Notes under the pieces: model-generated
Databases searched by the model: none
Seen by the model: the letters and a program-made list of their open reading frames with translations, nothing else
What the model was told of the DNA's origin: nothing
Made by a program: the position numbers and the translations under genes
Part shown: piece after piece, positions 50,070 to 64,000 of the stretch
How the letters are laid out: the number at the start of each line of letters is the position of its first letter
Position numbering within the stretch: the stretch's first letter is position 1
Source of the DNA: Tubiluchus corallicola
Lineage: Eukaryota > Animalia > Priapulida
Assembly: GCA_030141605.1 (NCBI GenBank)
Contig: JAQGDQ010000022.1
Coordinates: forward strand, 248,001 to 312,000
Length of the DNA: 64,000 nt
Direction of reading: 5' to 3'

Positions 50070-52461
50070 CTGAAAATTGAACACAGGAAAATCACACACA
50101 TTGGAAAAACTGCAAAATTTATGCGTAGATAAACGATTAGGTAATGTTATAATGTATTTCCTAGCAGATTTTGAGACTTTTGCGACTTTCATCCGCCCTA
50201 TGCATTAACAAAAGTTACAAACACATAATATGATTTGCACATTGCTGATATACAACATTCTACTTCAAAGTTTACTTCTACTTTTTTACAGTACTATATT
50301 GTACTATTTTTTTGTTAAATCGCGAAAATCTCTGAGTATCTTTGAAACTTTTTGTGAGTTTGTGTTTTTTGTAAGACATTACAACAAAAGCCCTAGAGTA
50401 CATTTTAGCTGTACTTTTGCATCGGTAATTGATTCACACCACGCCGAAACCTGAGCCAACGGCGAGAAAATATTTTAAACATTTGGGTAATTTGGAACAT
50501 TTGGGAATGCTAATAAATAATAAACAATCGTTTATGATGGCTATGGGCTTAGTTAACGACGCAATGTTGAAAAACTGAAGTTGACACATCTGCCTGTGAA
50601 CGGAAATAAGAAATCTGGGATGCATGGTACATGTAAAATGGCGTATCCTGTAATAATGAAGCCAAGCTTTCTGACTTAGGGAAACCCACATTTCTTGCAA
50701 GTCTATCTTTTGCTGTAAATGTAATAGAGCAAGGCATAAATCTGTTCTGTCGTTGATAAATAGAAGTGCACTTTTCCTATAATCCAAATGAGGCGAGCAA
50801 ACACCTGAGTGGCCACGGATTGTATTTGACGACCGAAGTTAAGAATGAGTGACACAGAGGCTGGTCACTCGATCGATAGGTGAACCGGATACATTCAGAC
50901 AAAGTTCATTAATCACCACGTGCGGATGTGAATTCTTGTATTCGCTTCCGAAAGTGGCGATATCACTGTCGGCTCAGTTACTAATCTGAGAGACACAGTC
51001 TTGGTATCCGCCACAAACATCAACTATGACGCAAGAAATGCAGGTTTCTGCCTCCTTGCAGAAAGGCCTAATTAGATAAAAAAAAGTATTTAATATTTAT
51101 TGGTTAGCACAATACACGTAGCCCATGCAATGTAATTAGAAATTCGCATATAAAAATATAGCGAGCAGTAATAACAAATATACAACGTTAATAACACAAT
51201 AATAATAAAACTGCACATGTGTATATGCAATATATTATGCTGTCACGAATCGGGCCAGTTGATTAGTGAAGTAAAAGTTAATGTAACTGCAAATAGATGA
51301 TGCTGCAGATAATTTTAATTTTAGGTATCGATACTGTATATTATACTGGTTAATATAGCTGAAACACTGTATACCAGTAAACTAGTAAAACTAGTAACCA
51401 CAGTAAAAATTATAATTTATAAGTTAATCTACTTCCACAACGAGCATTGCTATAGGGGTTACTGTGTACAAACACTTAGAATATGCAGTGTAAAAATTAG
51501 AAAGTCTTGTCTGCAACAGTAATTGCCGAAAGTAAACAATTATTAGTTGGTTATTTAGTCAGTAAGTGTAATAATTTCATAAGCCTGTCCGCTGAACACA
51601 AGCTTAATTTTTACTTTTTTCTTGAAAAGCGCAAGAGCGGCCGCTACGGGAAGCCCCAGAGCGGACAATTTTAATGAGAGCAAGAAACCATTAAAGCACA
51701 TTGCGGCAAAACAAAAAACTGCTCCAAATTAAACCAGTCGATCGCTAAACACCACCGTAAACCTGAGATGACCTCACACTGCGCATCCAAATGGAAGAAA
51801 TTTAGTTCAGCTGCCATTTTGTGAGCATCAATTCAGTTTTTTCTAAGACATGTGCTCTGATTTGTAAGTGCGGTCGTAATCGCTGGTAGGATCTAGATGG
51901 GAACAAACACGTGTCTATTTAACGAGCTTAAAACCAGCAAACAAATTTCAAAGTGTGTAATAAAAGTTTTTCAAATAATTAGGTTCAGAAACAAGTTGAC
52001 GATACGCTTGAGAGGCTTACAGAACGTGGAGGATCGCGAAATTATCCACTTGGACAATCAAATTTCAAACCAAAGCAAATAAAAGACTTATAATAAAAAA
52101 CCCACAGCATTGAGAATTATATACATACGTGCAAAAGGGATGGTTGGAACGATAGAAACTTAAATCTCTAGTAAATCAAAACTAAAAACTGTAAACCTAA
52201 ATGACAAGTTACGCACTATCCAAGACAAAATTGTATGACCGCTTTAGTTTTTATCTTTGTTTATTGACAAGTGTTTATTGACAAATGACAAGTGTTGAAA
52301 AAACGTTTTCTCACTACGATAATGTTCCCAAATTGTGATTGACCAAACTCAATTTTTATTAAACATTGAACACGAAATCTTATGAATAGCGGCTTAGTTT
52401 ATTTAACACTTTTCATTTACATTGCTAGGATATCTCGTAGTGTCGATTTCAAAATACTGTT

Positions 52462-52635
<174 letters not shown>

Positions 52636-55600
52636 TTAAAATTTTATGTTTCTTGTAGGGGTGCCAAGGTTGAGGATGTCCGGAGACACTGATATTGAGG
52701 GCACTTTGGTAGTTATCATCCAAGTGCAGGTACCTTATTCGCAGACATCGAGCTCATAGACACAAGGAAAAGTGAAACATCAAACACACTGGAAAGTGTA
52801 TAAGCTACTGATCATTGGTGGGCGGGCAGCACTAGCAATTGATAGTTCGGCGATCAGGTAGCCACCCAAAGTGACCGATCTCCCTTGTTCGCGACCCTTT
52901 AAGCGTGGCTATTGTTTAAAAAATCATTGTTTGAGTGTAAGCCCCTCCCAGGTGTCTGCCGTGCAAGTTCCGTGACCCTAGCTTTCTGTGTTTTCGAATT
53001 AACGTAAATTAAAATGGATGCCTATGAAAACCCGGTGCCTAACAAACAATTACGAAAATAAGAAAACATTTGTACAGGTTGCTCGCGGATAAAAGTTACC
53101 CCAAGTTCCAAAACAGGAGCTCCCTACAAAGTAATGGAAAAACAAGAATTTGGTGTAATTTTTATCTAAGGATCGCGGATCTAAGACAACCCACATTAAT
53201 TAGCATTGTTATTTTTGGTAGGCATCGAGTTTTTTGGGCATTAGTTTTTAATTCAAGGTCGGAAATATAGAAGGCCAGGGTCATAAAACTTGCAGGATAG
53301 ACCTGGAATAGGAGCTCAAAGCTGCTTAAGTAATCACATTACAGCGCTACTTAAAAAGTTGTGAAATAACAAAATGTCGCTATTCTTTTTAGCGCTCGGT
53401 GTCTATTATAGCCATAGCTAATTAATTGAGCTTACAGTCAATACCATGAGGAACTTATAATAAAGATGTTGTTAACCACTAATTTATAATATTGTGGAAC
53501 ACTCAGGTTCGTGTTGTCGCAATATCTATTAATCAATTATTACTGAATCACGAAAAATCATTGTTTCAGCGATTAATCGTAAAAATAATAAAAACGTTTT
53601 CACTGCATTTTATTCCTTTATTCGTTCGTTCATTCTTTTATTCTTTCTTTAGTTTGTTTGCTTCTGTCGCATCGCGCAATAGTTTGCTTGTTCGTTTTTC
53701 GTTAAAAAAAACACCGATAAAGTGAAAATTACCGACTTGCTATTGAGCTTAAATTTCGTGATTTTCGTGTGATCCTTTCATACGGTTTATTCAAACTACT
53801 ATTACTGAAGTAGTTTACTAATATGGATTTTATTCTTCCTTTATTTAGCTTATCATATTCACATTAAAGTGATTTTTTCAAAAGGGCACGTTTACAGGAA
53901 GTCCAGTTTATACTGAGATAGTTTATTCAAAATTTGTTCAAAGAATAAACAAAGACCAGTTTAGAACTCAGTTTGGATAAAACAACTCTCCCTAAATGTT
54001 TCATTGCGAATTGCATGTAGAAATCTTTCTAACGTAGATCTGGAACGGGTTTTGAACTCTTCATTCTTGGTTTTACAAAAAAGTTTGAATGAATCTACTC
54101 GGCTAAACGGCTTCAGTGTTAACAGTTTACTAAAATTTTGCTGGCGTAGATCCAGAACTAGCTCTGAACTCTGGGTTTCATAGAAAAAGAAAGCCTGGTG
54201 AGCAGATGCTGCCAGAGCACAACAAATTTTCATAAACAAACACGTTCTACGAGTCAGTGTCAGATAAAGCCGCGCGAAACCTGGCGGCTTGCTGCTCTAA
54301 AGTGGAGAGCAAACAAATTTTCCAGAAATATTTCTTTCATAAAAAGCAGCTCCTCGGTTACGAGTTAAAGAAACCAGTTCTTAGTTTTGACGGGCGCTTT
54401 TGCCTGCACCAAGTTCGCAGACGGCCATTGACGCCCCCAATTGCGACATTGTCGTTTCAGCTTTTCAGCCGTCACTGTTTGTAAGATTAAGAACAAAATC
54501 GCGTGATAAAAAAATCTTATTTGTTTTTAGCAGTTATTATATCCACAATATTGACTAACCAGATGTGTTTTTAAATATTATACAACTCAGCTTTAATAAA
54601 TTATAATAGATTTATATTTGCTGCGCAAAGATAAGGAAAAGGGCAATACAACAATATATTCTGTAATTAACAAAGTAATTAACTTCTCGCTTGTAAAATC
54701 CTACGATATCGCTATTTTCGTTCTTCAGTTCCTAAAATAGTAGACTTGTCGAGGACCCTCACAGTCATATTTATAATTAAATTACAGTTCCATTAATAAT
54801 CATTTTATAATTTATCCTGTAAGTTGTGCAATAAACGACAGCTGCCAAAAATAGAGCTAGCAACACAGCTGCAAACTTTTTACAATGTTGTAAAATAAAA
54901 TTGATCTGTATAATAAATTTTTGTCTATAAACTCGATCACACTCAATTTACACTCAATTTAGAAAGCCGCAATGTGTCTTTATTAAAGTCGGAGATTTGC
55001 AGTTTATAAAACTTAGGTCTGTCTTTTGTATATAGAGAATTACATGGGAATGTTTTAAAAGGTTATGGCAAATTACCTATATTTTTACGAAAAAAATATT
55101 AACCATATAATAACAGTTTTTGAAAAAATAATATTATCAGAAATTATAAAAATTACTCACGTAAAAATGTGAATAACCATGAGGTTGAACTTGAGGCTTT
55201 TAGCAACTCCGGTCGCAATCAGGAGTTCAAGTCTCGTGATTTTTATTTCCTCGCGTCTGTGCTTTATTACGTACTGAAATCGTCTATGTATTGCTTATAA
55301 TATGCCAGTTTTGTAATTATTTTTATATCTATAAATATTTATTTATGGTTCGTTTTAATGAAGTAAAACATTGAAATGATTTGAAGTGAGTTGAATTTAA
55401 TTGAATTGAATTGAACTGATTTGAGTTGCAAATTGAACAGTGCTCAGTTTTCAGTAACCTAATTTTTATGCTAGCTGAAACACTACTGCTTTCTAAATTT
55501 CATTAAGAAACCATGTAGTCAGTTAATTACTGGAGTTAATTACTTACTTTTAGTAATCTAACATATACTAGTGCTAGTGATCAGATTCTATGTTGCTTAA

Positions 55601-57520
55601 TATCTGTCGCAGACCGAAGAACCACGTTGATCATTGTGCTGACGTTTTCTTTGCCCTTTGAGAAATAATTCCACATGGCACTTTGTGGGAGGTATGGAAA
55701 CAATTCTACAACTCTTTGAACTGGAACTGAAGGAGCTCACCTCAAAGTGCTGCTAATTCATATAATAGCCTTTAGACTGCATTTACCATATTGTGCTCAG
55801 TTTTAATATATCTTTTAACAAATTACAATCTTTAGCCGGTAAAACACAGTAAATGCGAAACTACGTTGTATGTTCCCGCAATATTGGTTGTAATAAAAAA
55901 AATTGCATTGTGTTGTATTATATGTTCCCATTTTGTATGTTGCATAAACAAATTGATTAAATTTGTTTAATATGTAGTAAGCGGAACAACGGTCAATTTG
56001 ATCTCGGGTGTCAAATTGCAATTAGTTCTACAATGTTCAAGTTTTAACAATCACAAACCACGTCAATCGTGAAGACGAAATTTTTTTTTATAAAATTCAA
56101 AAATTATAGATTATTTTAAACAAAATGGCAGTTAAATTATCTTAAAAGTTTTACTTATTAATAAACCGGTATCGTACCTACCTTATTTAAATGCCTTAAA
56201 CAGGCATGCTTCAGTGAGCATACCACAACTTTAAGCAAAAAACTGTTATTATTTCGCTTTAGTGCGGTTCGAAACTTCCATCTCTCATCTGTTGTCAAAT
56301 TTGCAAGTTGGAACGTGATTAAAACTTCTGAAACTAATATGCATCAAACTGTGCAACAGATTTTTCTATAACCAACGGTTGAAATTAGTTAAACTTCCGG
56401 GTACCACAGATTTCATTTCTTTGAATCAAGTGCCGAAATAAGATGGAACTACCAGCTTCGAAAAGAACCGAGCGGCGAGAAACTGATTGGCATCCTGTAT
56501 GGTGGCGAGTGAGTCAATGAATCCGCTTGTAGTGATAATTACCAGTAGCTAGAGTGACTCGTGAATCAACAGATAGCTGTTTTCCAGGGGTCAAGTTACA
56601 AGCTACAAAGCGAAATTGTGTTTCTTCTTCGTCCCGCCTGTTTATGTATGAGGTTTACTCTCTTGACGTGGACCTCATAGTGACATATGGTGGATGAAAC
56701 TTAACCCTCAACGTTGCAACACTTTCTCATGTGTGTAAAGTCTTTTGACCGTAATGTAGAAGCCAATCGACCTTCATTAAACAAAAACTACAATAGTTCC
56801 ACGATTTTTTTTGAAAAGTGGTTTTCAAAAAGAAGCAAGCAAACCAACAAATTGTTAAATTATCTTTAGACATTTCTTATTTGACACACAAATGTCTTGG
56901 GAGGCCTTATGGGTAGTAAATTGAATATTGCAGGTATCTTATTATTATCTTATTGCAGGAATATTATGTATATTCACGCTTTAGAAGATCTAGAACTCTT
57001 CAAACTGTTCCCCGAACTTATACAACTTGATGTTTTAACGCATAGCTCTTTTCTTACAAACATTTCTAAATGTGTACATTCTCTTGTGTACATTCATAGA
57101 ATTTTTAAATACAATTCGACGCTCTTTAAGCCGGAATCCAGCATTAAAGGCAGGCCTACTTTCCGTCGTCAGTTCTAGTGAGATAGCAATCTCGCTAATT
57201 ATGAGTTCTTTACGGTAAGACACTGAACCTGCATGTATGATGTCTCAGCTACGTATGATTTGTGAACATATCCTCCCTCTACGAGGTAAACAGTAGCGGA
57301 TTTACGTTGTGAGTAGAATAATTAAAGCACCCAGCAGTACATGATAGGTATTTAGATATTTTAAATTAAATTAAAAAATTGTATTCTCATTTCACACGCT
57401 TTCAGTGTCCCATTACCTGGCATTCGTTTTTTAAATTCCATAACGACGGTTAGGAAATGTATCAATGGGAAAAATTCTTTGAGCAGATAATAACTTTCAC
57501 AGGACAATGTTAAAGGATTA

Positions 57521-57755
57521 GAAAGAGATGAACGAGACTTAGAGAGGGAGAAAGAGAGGGATATAGAGAGAGGGGGTGGGGGAAGTGAGAGACAGAAAGA
57601 GGGGGAGAGAGAGAGACAGACAGCGAGAGAGAAAAAGAGAAGAGAGAGAGACAGAGATAAAGGAAGAGAGAGGGGAAAGAAATAGAAAAAGGAAGAGAGA
57701 GGGTGGAGAGGAAAAAGAGCGAGTGAAAGAAAGAGAGAAAGAAAGAGAAAGAGAC
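57521..57755. repeat. GA-rich low-complexity tract
   Basis: Degenerate (GA)n polypurine run. Confidence 0.92.
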
Positions 57756-59199
57756 TCAAAGGGTTAGAGAAAAGTTGACTAAAATGAGTCCGCGAACGTA
57801 GCGAGCAGGATATTAAACTCAAGGCGAGCAGAACTCACCGTCTTGCTATTTTTTATAAGAGCCTATTTACCCTGTGCGTTTATGACCGTGTAAACTGTGT
57901 ATGCGATGCGATTCTATGACTCATGCGTTAGACGCATGCACAAAACGTATATTCTAATTTCTTGCGACATTGTAAGCAGAACGCAAGAATCCTGCAGTGA
58001 AATTAGGTCACGTGTTCACTTCGAAGAACGAAAACAACAGAGATTTAACTTTACTTAAAATTAAATGCTGAAGTTTTTTTTATACAGATCATTCAATGCG
58101 ATTGGGAAATAAGCACCATTTTGATTTAAAACTCCTCATTTGAATCGTGATTTAAACTAACGACAGAGTTTTATTGATGCCAATTTTGGGTGATATCAAT
58201 TTAGAATCAGAAAAATGATCATTTAGAATTTGGTAGAAGAAATTGGTTTCATGAAGGAATATGTAAATTTACCAAAGTAAAATTTTATTAACCAATTTTG
58301 ATTTCTTTTTTGCAAAATTTAAAGCGTTCTATACTAGTAATACTACTTTACTGTCTATCTTCAAAGGTACTACACATTGTAATAAGCACTGGGCAGATGG
58401 AAAATAAATCTAAATTTGACACAGCAACAGCTGATAGCAACACTGTAGGAGAAAAGAATTGAAAAATAATAAAAATCTTTCTATTATCAACAAGAAAATT
58501 ACAAGCAAAAATTAGGAACTGAGAATGTCAAGTTTGTCTTGTTGAAAAATCCTACTTTTGTTTTTTTTAAATCCTGACTTTTCCAATCCTGCAATTCAAA
58601 TTAAGAAAGGGCGATCACCCACACCTAATCCCAAAGAATCGAAGGATGAAAGGCAAAGGTTCAACAGCAGAAATTGAATCTCTCATATTATTTGAAGAAG
58701 TTTCGGCCTAATTATTTTTGTGAGCTTTTCAATGAGTAGAATAAGAGATGCTATGACACTTTTCTATAGTTGGCGTTTTTATGTCGACCGCATGTCAGCC
58801 TGCTGTAGAATGATTCACCACAGCCAGGACGCACCATGTAAATATGCCCTAATGCTGATTTTTATTATTGCTGCTGCAGCTTTTATTGTTCTATTCTAAA
58901 ACTGTCATTATAATAAAACAGACTTCTATTTTGGATACGCTCATTAGGCACCTGTATCTTTGAGTGCTTCTAACTTCTAGCATTTATTTTTTGTATACAT
59001 CTCTAGATTTTATATCCATTTATTTCCCATTTATTCGCATCGCTAAATTTAAGTCCATAATCATAAAGGTTGGAAATAATTCCTAGAACGCCATTGTATC
59101 TACTCTTCATTTTGGAAACCTACAAATTTTTGTATACGACTTTGACTTTGCTGTAAACGCTTAAACAGTGAACATCTTAAGCAACAGAGGGTGCGTGAA

Positions 59200-59470
59200 C
59201 AATGAACGGTGTGAAGACACTTGGACACAGGATGATTCACCACAAGGCTTTTGGACACGTAGGACATTTGGAAAAAAACATACTTCGGACACATAGATAG
59301 CTTAGACACAAGGTGTTTTGGACACACAGGTCATTTGAACACAAGATATTTCGAACAGATGGGCTGTTTGGACATATATGTAATTTCAACACAGTACGAT
59401 TTAGCTACCTAAGTCGTTTGGACACAGGTTATTTCGACACGTCATTTTGCTCAACAATTGGACACATCCA
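59200..59470 (+). repeat. Degenerate minisatellite (16-18 bp unit, core tttggacaca)
   Basis: About a dozen variants of TT(T/C)G(G/A)ACAC at regular spacing. Confidence 0.85.
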
Positions 59471-60185
59471 AGAGTAAGCACTGTAACTTATTTTTGCTGA
59501 CCAACGCTTGGGAATCCTCATTGGAAGAAGCAATAATGTTTTTTTTACTTTTAAGCTAAACTTTTAAGCAAATCAGTACAATTTTGTGGTGCATTCGCAT
59601 TTCTACTGTATATGGTTCATGACAGAAGTAAAGTTTGCCTACACAGCTGATTATGATTAATAATTTGGACACTGAAGCCAATCAGAATAATTTGAACACT
59701 GAAGATAATAAAAAACTGAAACTTTGTTCTTTGAAACTATTATTTATTCTGTAAGAAATACAAAACAACATTACCTGTAAAAGAGTACAAGAGTTACGAC
59801 AACTGGTGCGTGACTTTGAACATTTTACACATACTCGTGTATATGAGTGAGAGATGTCGAAATGAGCGGTTTATTGTATTATGATCGATTAGTGATCGCG
59901 GTTTGGTCGGTTTTCAATAGAGTAACCGTACCATGAATCGGAAGTGGTGCTGACAAGCCACTGGCGTAGCAGTGTCTAGTTTCTTGCTGGATTACTTCTG
60001 CGTTTACCTGTCTAAGGCAGATTTCTTTTATTTTAGAATTCTGCCTGCCCAATGTCTACAACAGACGTGACGGGCGTATGATGATATGATGAGAGTAACC
60101 ATGCACATTGTTTTCATGGAAGCTATGCTTACATTTATCAGCATGCGGCGACGGTAACTATAGCTAGAACGCCGAAATTTATGTA

Positions 60186-60458
60186 TACCTGCGGGGACTG
60201 CGGTTAATCAGGCAATTCTAATCACTTGACAAACTGTACAAACTAAAAAAATTTTTATTGTCCATTTTAATGATTCTAATGTTCGTCTTCTATTGCCTAA
60301 GCACCACAATCTGTAATGCATTATATTAACGCACTTAGGGTGCGGTTTCTCCTGTTTAATTAGCAGGAAAAGGTGTAACAAAGAAATCGTACTGTATGTG
60401 TTGCATACGTCATACCATACCAACCGCATCTGTCTCAGTTACCGCAGTCGCGGCAGTA
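60186..60458. mobile_element. MITE-like element with about 28 bp GC-rich terminal inverted repeats
   Basis: Left tacctgcggggactgcggttaatcaggca versus reverse complement of right tactgccgcgactgcggtaactgagaca; AT-rich interior. Confidence 0.55.
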
Positions 60459-60719
60459 CCCTCACTGCGTGGAGGTATCAGCATTCTATGAAAACGTCCT
60501 AATAGCCCAATTTGCGTAATTTTTGATAGAAGATTGCAGTTACTTTTGTGGGAGTTGGGTTTAACGCCTGGAAGCTAGAGAAATAATTTTATTCAAAACA
60601 AATATTATATCGGTCCTTTTATTTGTTGCACATTTTTAAGACATCAGAAACCTTTGAATTTTGAAAAAAAGTGGTTTAAATTCACTCATCCTAAGAACAA
60701 GATGTTACTAAATGATACC

Positions 60720-61485
60720 ATGTCTCAGTTAAATCCAAATGGTACCTTGTCTAAGCAGTTTATGTGTCCAAATTATCTAGATGTCTAAATAACTTCTGTG
60801 TCCAAATCATCTTCTTTAAAATTAAAATGCATAAATATAGTACGTTTAAATTATTTATAACCCTATTTAGGATTACTAATAATGATGTAATTAAATTTTG
60901 AACCAAATGGCCGAAACAAATAAACATATGAAAAGGTCCGGATAGGTAACATAGGCGTCAAATTAACTGTGTCCAAAATACACACTTTTCGACTTTCAAG
61001 ACGACTTATGTGTGTTCAGTTTACCTACGTGTCACAATAACCTGTAGGTAAAGGACTTGCGTGCCTAAAATTACGTAAGGTAAATGATATTGACTTATGT
61101 TCAAATACGTTCTGTGTTTAGATGCCATCCTGTGTATCTAAAGAACCCAATGTATAAATAGACTGTGCGTCCAAATAACCTAGGTGTTCAAGCTATATTG
61201 CGTCCAGATGATGTCGCACCACGAACCCAAAATGCCTAGTGTCCAAATGTCCTGAACACCTGGTGCTTGAATGGCCTTTGTGTCCAAAAAACACATGAAT
61301 CAAAATAATCTCTGCGTACAAATAATTTTGTATCCAAACAAACGATGTGTATCCCAACTGCCTGTGTTCAAAAAACTTGTGTCTACGATGTTTGTGTCCA
61401 AAATTATCTGTGTCCAAATAACCTATATATGTGTCCAAAATGTTTGTGCTGTGTCTAATACCCCTATATCCAAAACCCCTGTAAC
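60720..61485 (-). repeat. Same minisatellite family in inverted orientation (plus-strand core tgtgtccaaat)
   Basis: Many TGTGTCCAAA variants, densest at 61160-61450; the reverse complement of the 59200-59470 unit. Confidence 0.85.
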
Positions 61486-62146
61486 CCAGTTAAGAACTTA
61501 CAAATTAATACTTGAATGATAGGTTTTCAGACAAAGAACACATAAGCGGTGGACACTTTTGCAAGCTTACTAGACTACTTTAAAATTTTCGTACATAGGC
61601 CTACTTGAGTACTTGGTACACGATATACTTTAGGCAAGTGGATCCCTACGTTTTAATTACAGTTCCTAAAAACGCTTTTGTATTGCATTTAAAAAGGTTT
61701 AATCTGCAAAACTGAAGACAAAATGCGTCACACGCCTGTAATAATCAAGATCTTAAAAAATAAGCGCCGCGGATATCTTTAAAAAATGGATATCATCAAC
61801 ATATATCACACATCAGTGGATTAACCAATGAAGTTTTAATTTTTTTCGAGTTACAAATCGTTAGACGACATAAAATGTCTACTGGGTGTACTGGACGTAC
61901 TGATCCGTGAAATCAGCTGCCTATATATACACAATGCACAACCTAATATGCTCAAATAGCCTGAAGCCAGAATCGAGCATTCAATGACAGGTCCAGCTCA
62001 AACAAGATACTCGTGATGAGACCATGACCTGACTCATTATCATAACTGTGCTTCTAAGATAAGTCCTGAACAAGCAAAGATATCTCAACCACAATCAGTC
62101 ATTGTCAAAATAAATAGGTTTCAAACATCCACTGCATAAAAGTTCA

Positions 62147-62430
62147 CCTGGCAAGTGTCCGTTGTGAAAGGTATTCAATACTTAACTGTTTAATGTTCAA
62201 GTTTCAAAACACAACTTTTCACTGTTTATTAAGTCAAGTGTTCGTTGTTCAAGTATAGACTGCACAAGCGTTCACTACACACAAGAGCTTAAGCAATCAC
62301 TCCTTCAGTATATACTGCCCAAGTGTTCACTGCTTGAAGTCTTTCTCTCCACATATGCAATATTCAAGTGTTCAGTTATCAAGTGTTCACTGTTCAAGGG
62401 TCCTACTCATGTGATCACTGCTCAAGATCA
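62147..62430. repeat. Degenerate minisatellite, core caagtgttcactg
   Basis: Recurrent CAAGTGTTC(A/G) motifs. Confidence 0.75.
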
Positions 62431-63687
62431 TATGCATAACAATACTTGGCCTTCACTTTGTTCTGTGTGTTATTTGAGTTAAATTTTTTTCATTCTTGGT
62501 GGACTGGTTTAACAAGGTTAACAGTGGACAAGTTTTGCTCGGGGCGCGGTCCTGTAACTCCCTAACTGACGACACAAGTTTATTGCAGTTTTGTTAACGG
62601 GTTATCGCCAAATTTAGGTGGTGGTGAGAATTCCAATTCAATGCAACTTGGTGCAAGGTAAGAGAAGATCGTTACAAGAGATTTCGCTGAATAATAAATT
62701 TGTCAAGCGGGATCCAGTAGAATTTCATCAGCTGTGAGTGTTTTGCTTTTCGTTGTTTAATTTGATTAACAAAATTTTGTATTTTAAAAATTATAAGTGC
62801 ACAATAATGAGCTCATGACTATCAAATTCTACAACTGTCAAATGACATCACAACACTTTTATTTGCAAAGTATGTTTTTATAATCAGCAGTACAAATTAT
62901 TTACCTGTTTTCAGAATTCTATAATGTAGTATAATGCAGTTTAGAGACTAAGTAAATTATGAGTATGGTATCTTTTGTGTAGTCTTGCATAAATAAACAT
63001 ATTATTGAAGCATTAGGGAATATTGTTGTTGTAATTTTCTTATGCCTCGGAAGACCATTTAAAATTAATACCTATATTTCAAATGTCAGGCGCTCGGTAG
63101 GGTTTTTACCTATTTTTACTCTTTATTAGGTAACGAAGTGTTAAATTCGACTTTTGTGCAATACTGTCAATTAGGTAGTTTTTGGATACTAGTAAGAGGG
63201 GTTGAAAGAGGCGGAAATAGGGGTGAGAAAGTAAGGAAACGATTTTCGTGTATTACTGTGAATTAGGTAAAAATGGATTTCAGTTGAAAATAGGGGAGGA
63301 ATTACGTGAAAAAGTGGAGGGAAGGAAATAAGAGAGACGGGGGACGTTAACATCATAGTCTACGTGGCGATTTCTTCCTGTTTCTGCTTTTACAGAGAAC
63401 GCACAGTTTGTCGGAAATAAATGCCATAAATAAACAAAGAAAAATAAACTAAAGCGTTGTAAACGAAAATACGGCGCAACAGTTAGCTTGTTAGTTCCGT
63501 TCCTTACCTGGTTAAAGTCTATTGTAGGAATACTGTCACTGTACTACCTGAATAATTTCCAGCCTTTTTCCAAGTTTATCTTAGTGTCGTACAGCCTAAT
63601 CAAAATTTGTACGTGTTACTTTACCCTAGTTCTACCACATAGAACAGATTTGTTTGCCATAAAAATGCCCTCCATATTTAATACTGC

Positions 63688-63710
63688 CCTCTATCTATCT
63701 ATCTTTTTCA

Positions 63711-63771
<61 letters not shown>

Positions 63772-63780
63772 TTTCACTCT
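63688..63780. repeat. (CT)n/(CTAT)n microsatellite
   Basis: Pure CT run with CTAT flanks. Confidence 0.95.
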
Positions 63781-64000
63781 CCTTCGTAAATATAGGTAGG
63801 CAGGTTCTTAATTTTGCAGGTGCAGGCTGCAAAGAAATAGGCATAAGCAGAACAGGTTGATAGATGCGTGAACAGTATATAGAAAAGTAGGAAAAGTAAG
63901 TATGCATTTAGCTAGGAAGTAGGTAAATAGAGAGGAGAATGGGTGGTAAAATAGGTAGTCGGCAGGCAGGCAGCTAAACACACAGATAGGTACAACATAA

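Noticed and set aside
59200-61485. Regularly spaced short repeats resembling a CRISPR array
   Set aside because: Units are degenerate, 16-18 bp, without unique 30-40 bp spacers; eukaryotic context and no cas genes.

Overview
AT-rich, intron-containing animal genomic DNA, most likely an invertebrate (taxon not determinable from the sequence). Most short ORFs in the supplied track are intronic or repeat noise; the real genes had to be spliced by hand from GT-AG sites and reading phase. Four protein-coding genes are supported. (1) The last two exons of a fibrinogen-related domain (FReD) gene (+, 873-2034; 5' part lies outside the window). (2) A complete 9-exon tandem paralogous FReD gene (+, 3392-12736, about 419 aa) with a signal peptide and an unusual acidic, non-collagen, non-coiled-coil N-terminus. 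(3) A 16-exon FRMPD4/Preso-like scaffold gene (+, 18785-42744, about 1661 aa; WW-WW-PDZ-FERM-disordered-helical bundle). (4) A convergent giant secreted coiled-coil + C1q gene (-, about 50005-44197, about 1610-1630 aa; multimerin/EMILIN-like layout without a visible EMI domain). The best leads are: a tandem WW pair whose introns fall at the same position in each WW, so skipping one in-frame exon would build a hybrid WW; a hairpin right after that exon that buries a strong stop-including donor under a U1-like sequence; ligand-site divergence between the two FReD paralogs; a decayed 5S rRNA-derived SINE-like family with tRNA-like boxes; and a roughly symmetric 2.3 kb inverted-repeat structure at 59.2-61.5 kb. 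All gene models are manual and need RNA-seq confirmation. No CRISPR arrays, intact rRNA/tRNA genes or autonomous transposon ORFs were seen.
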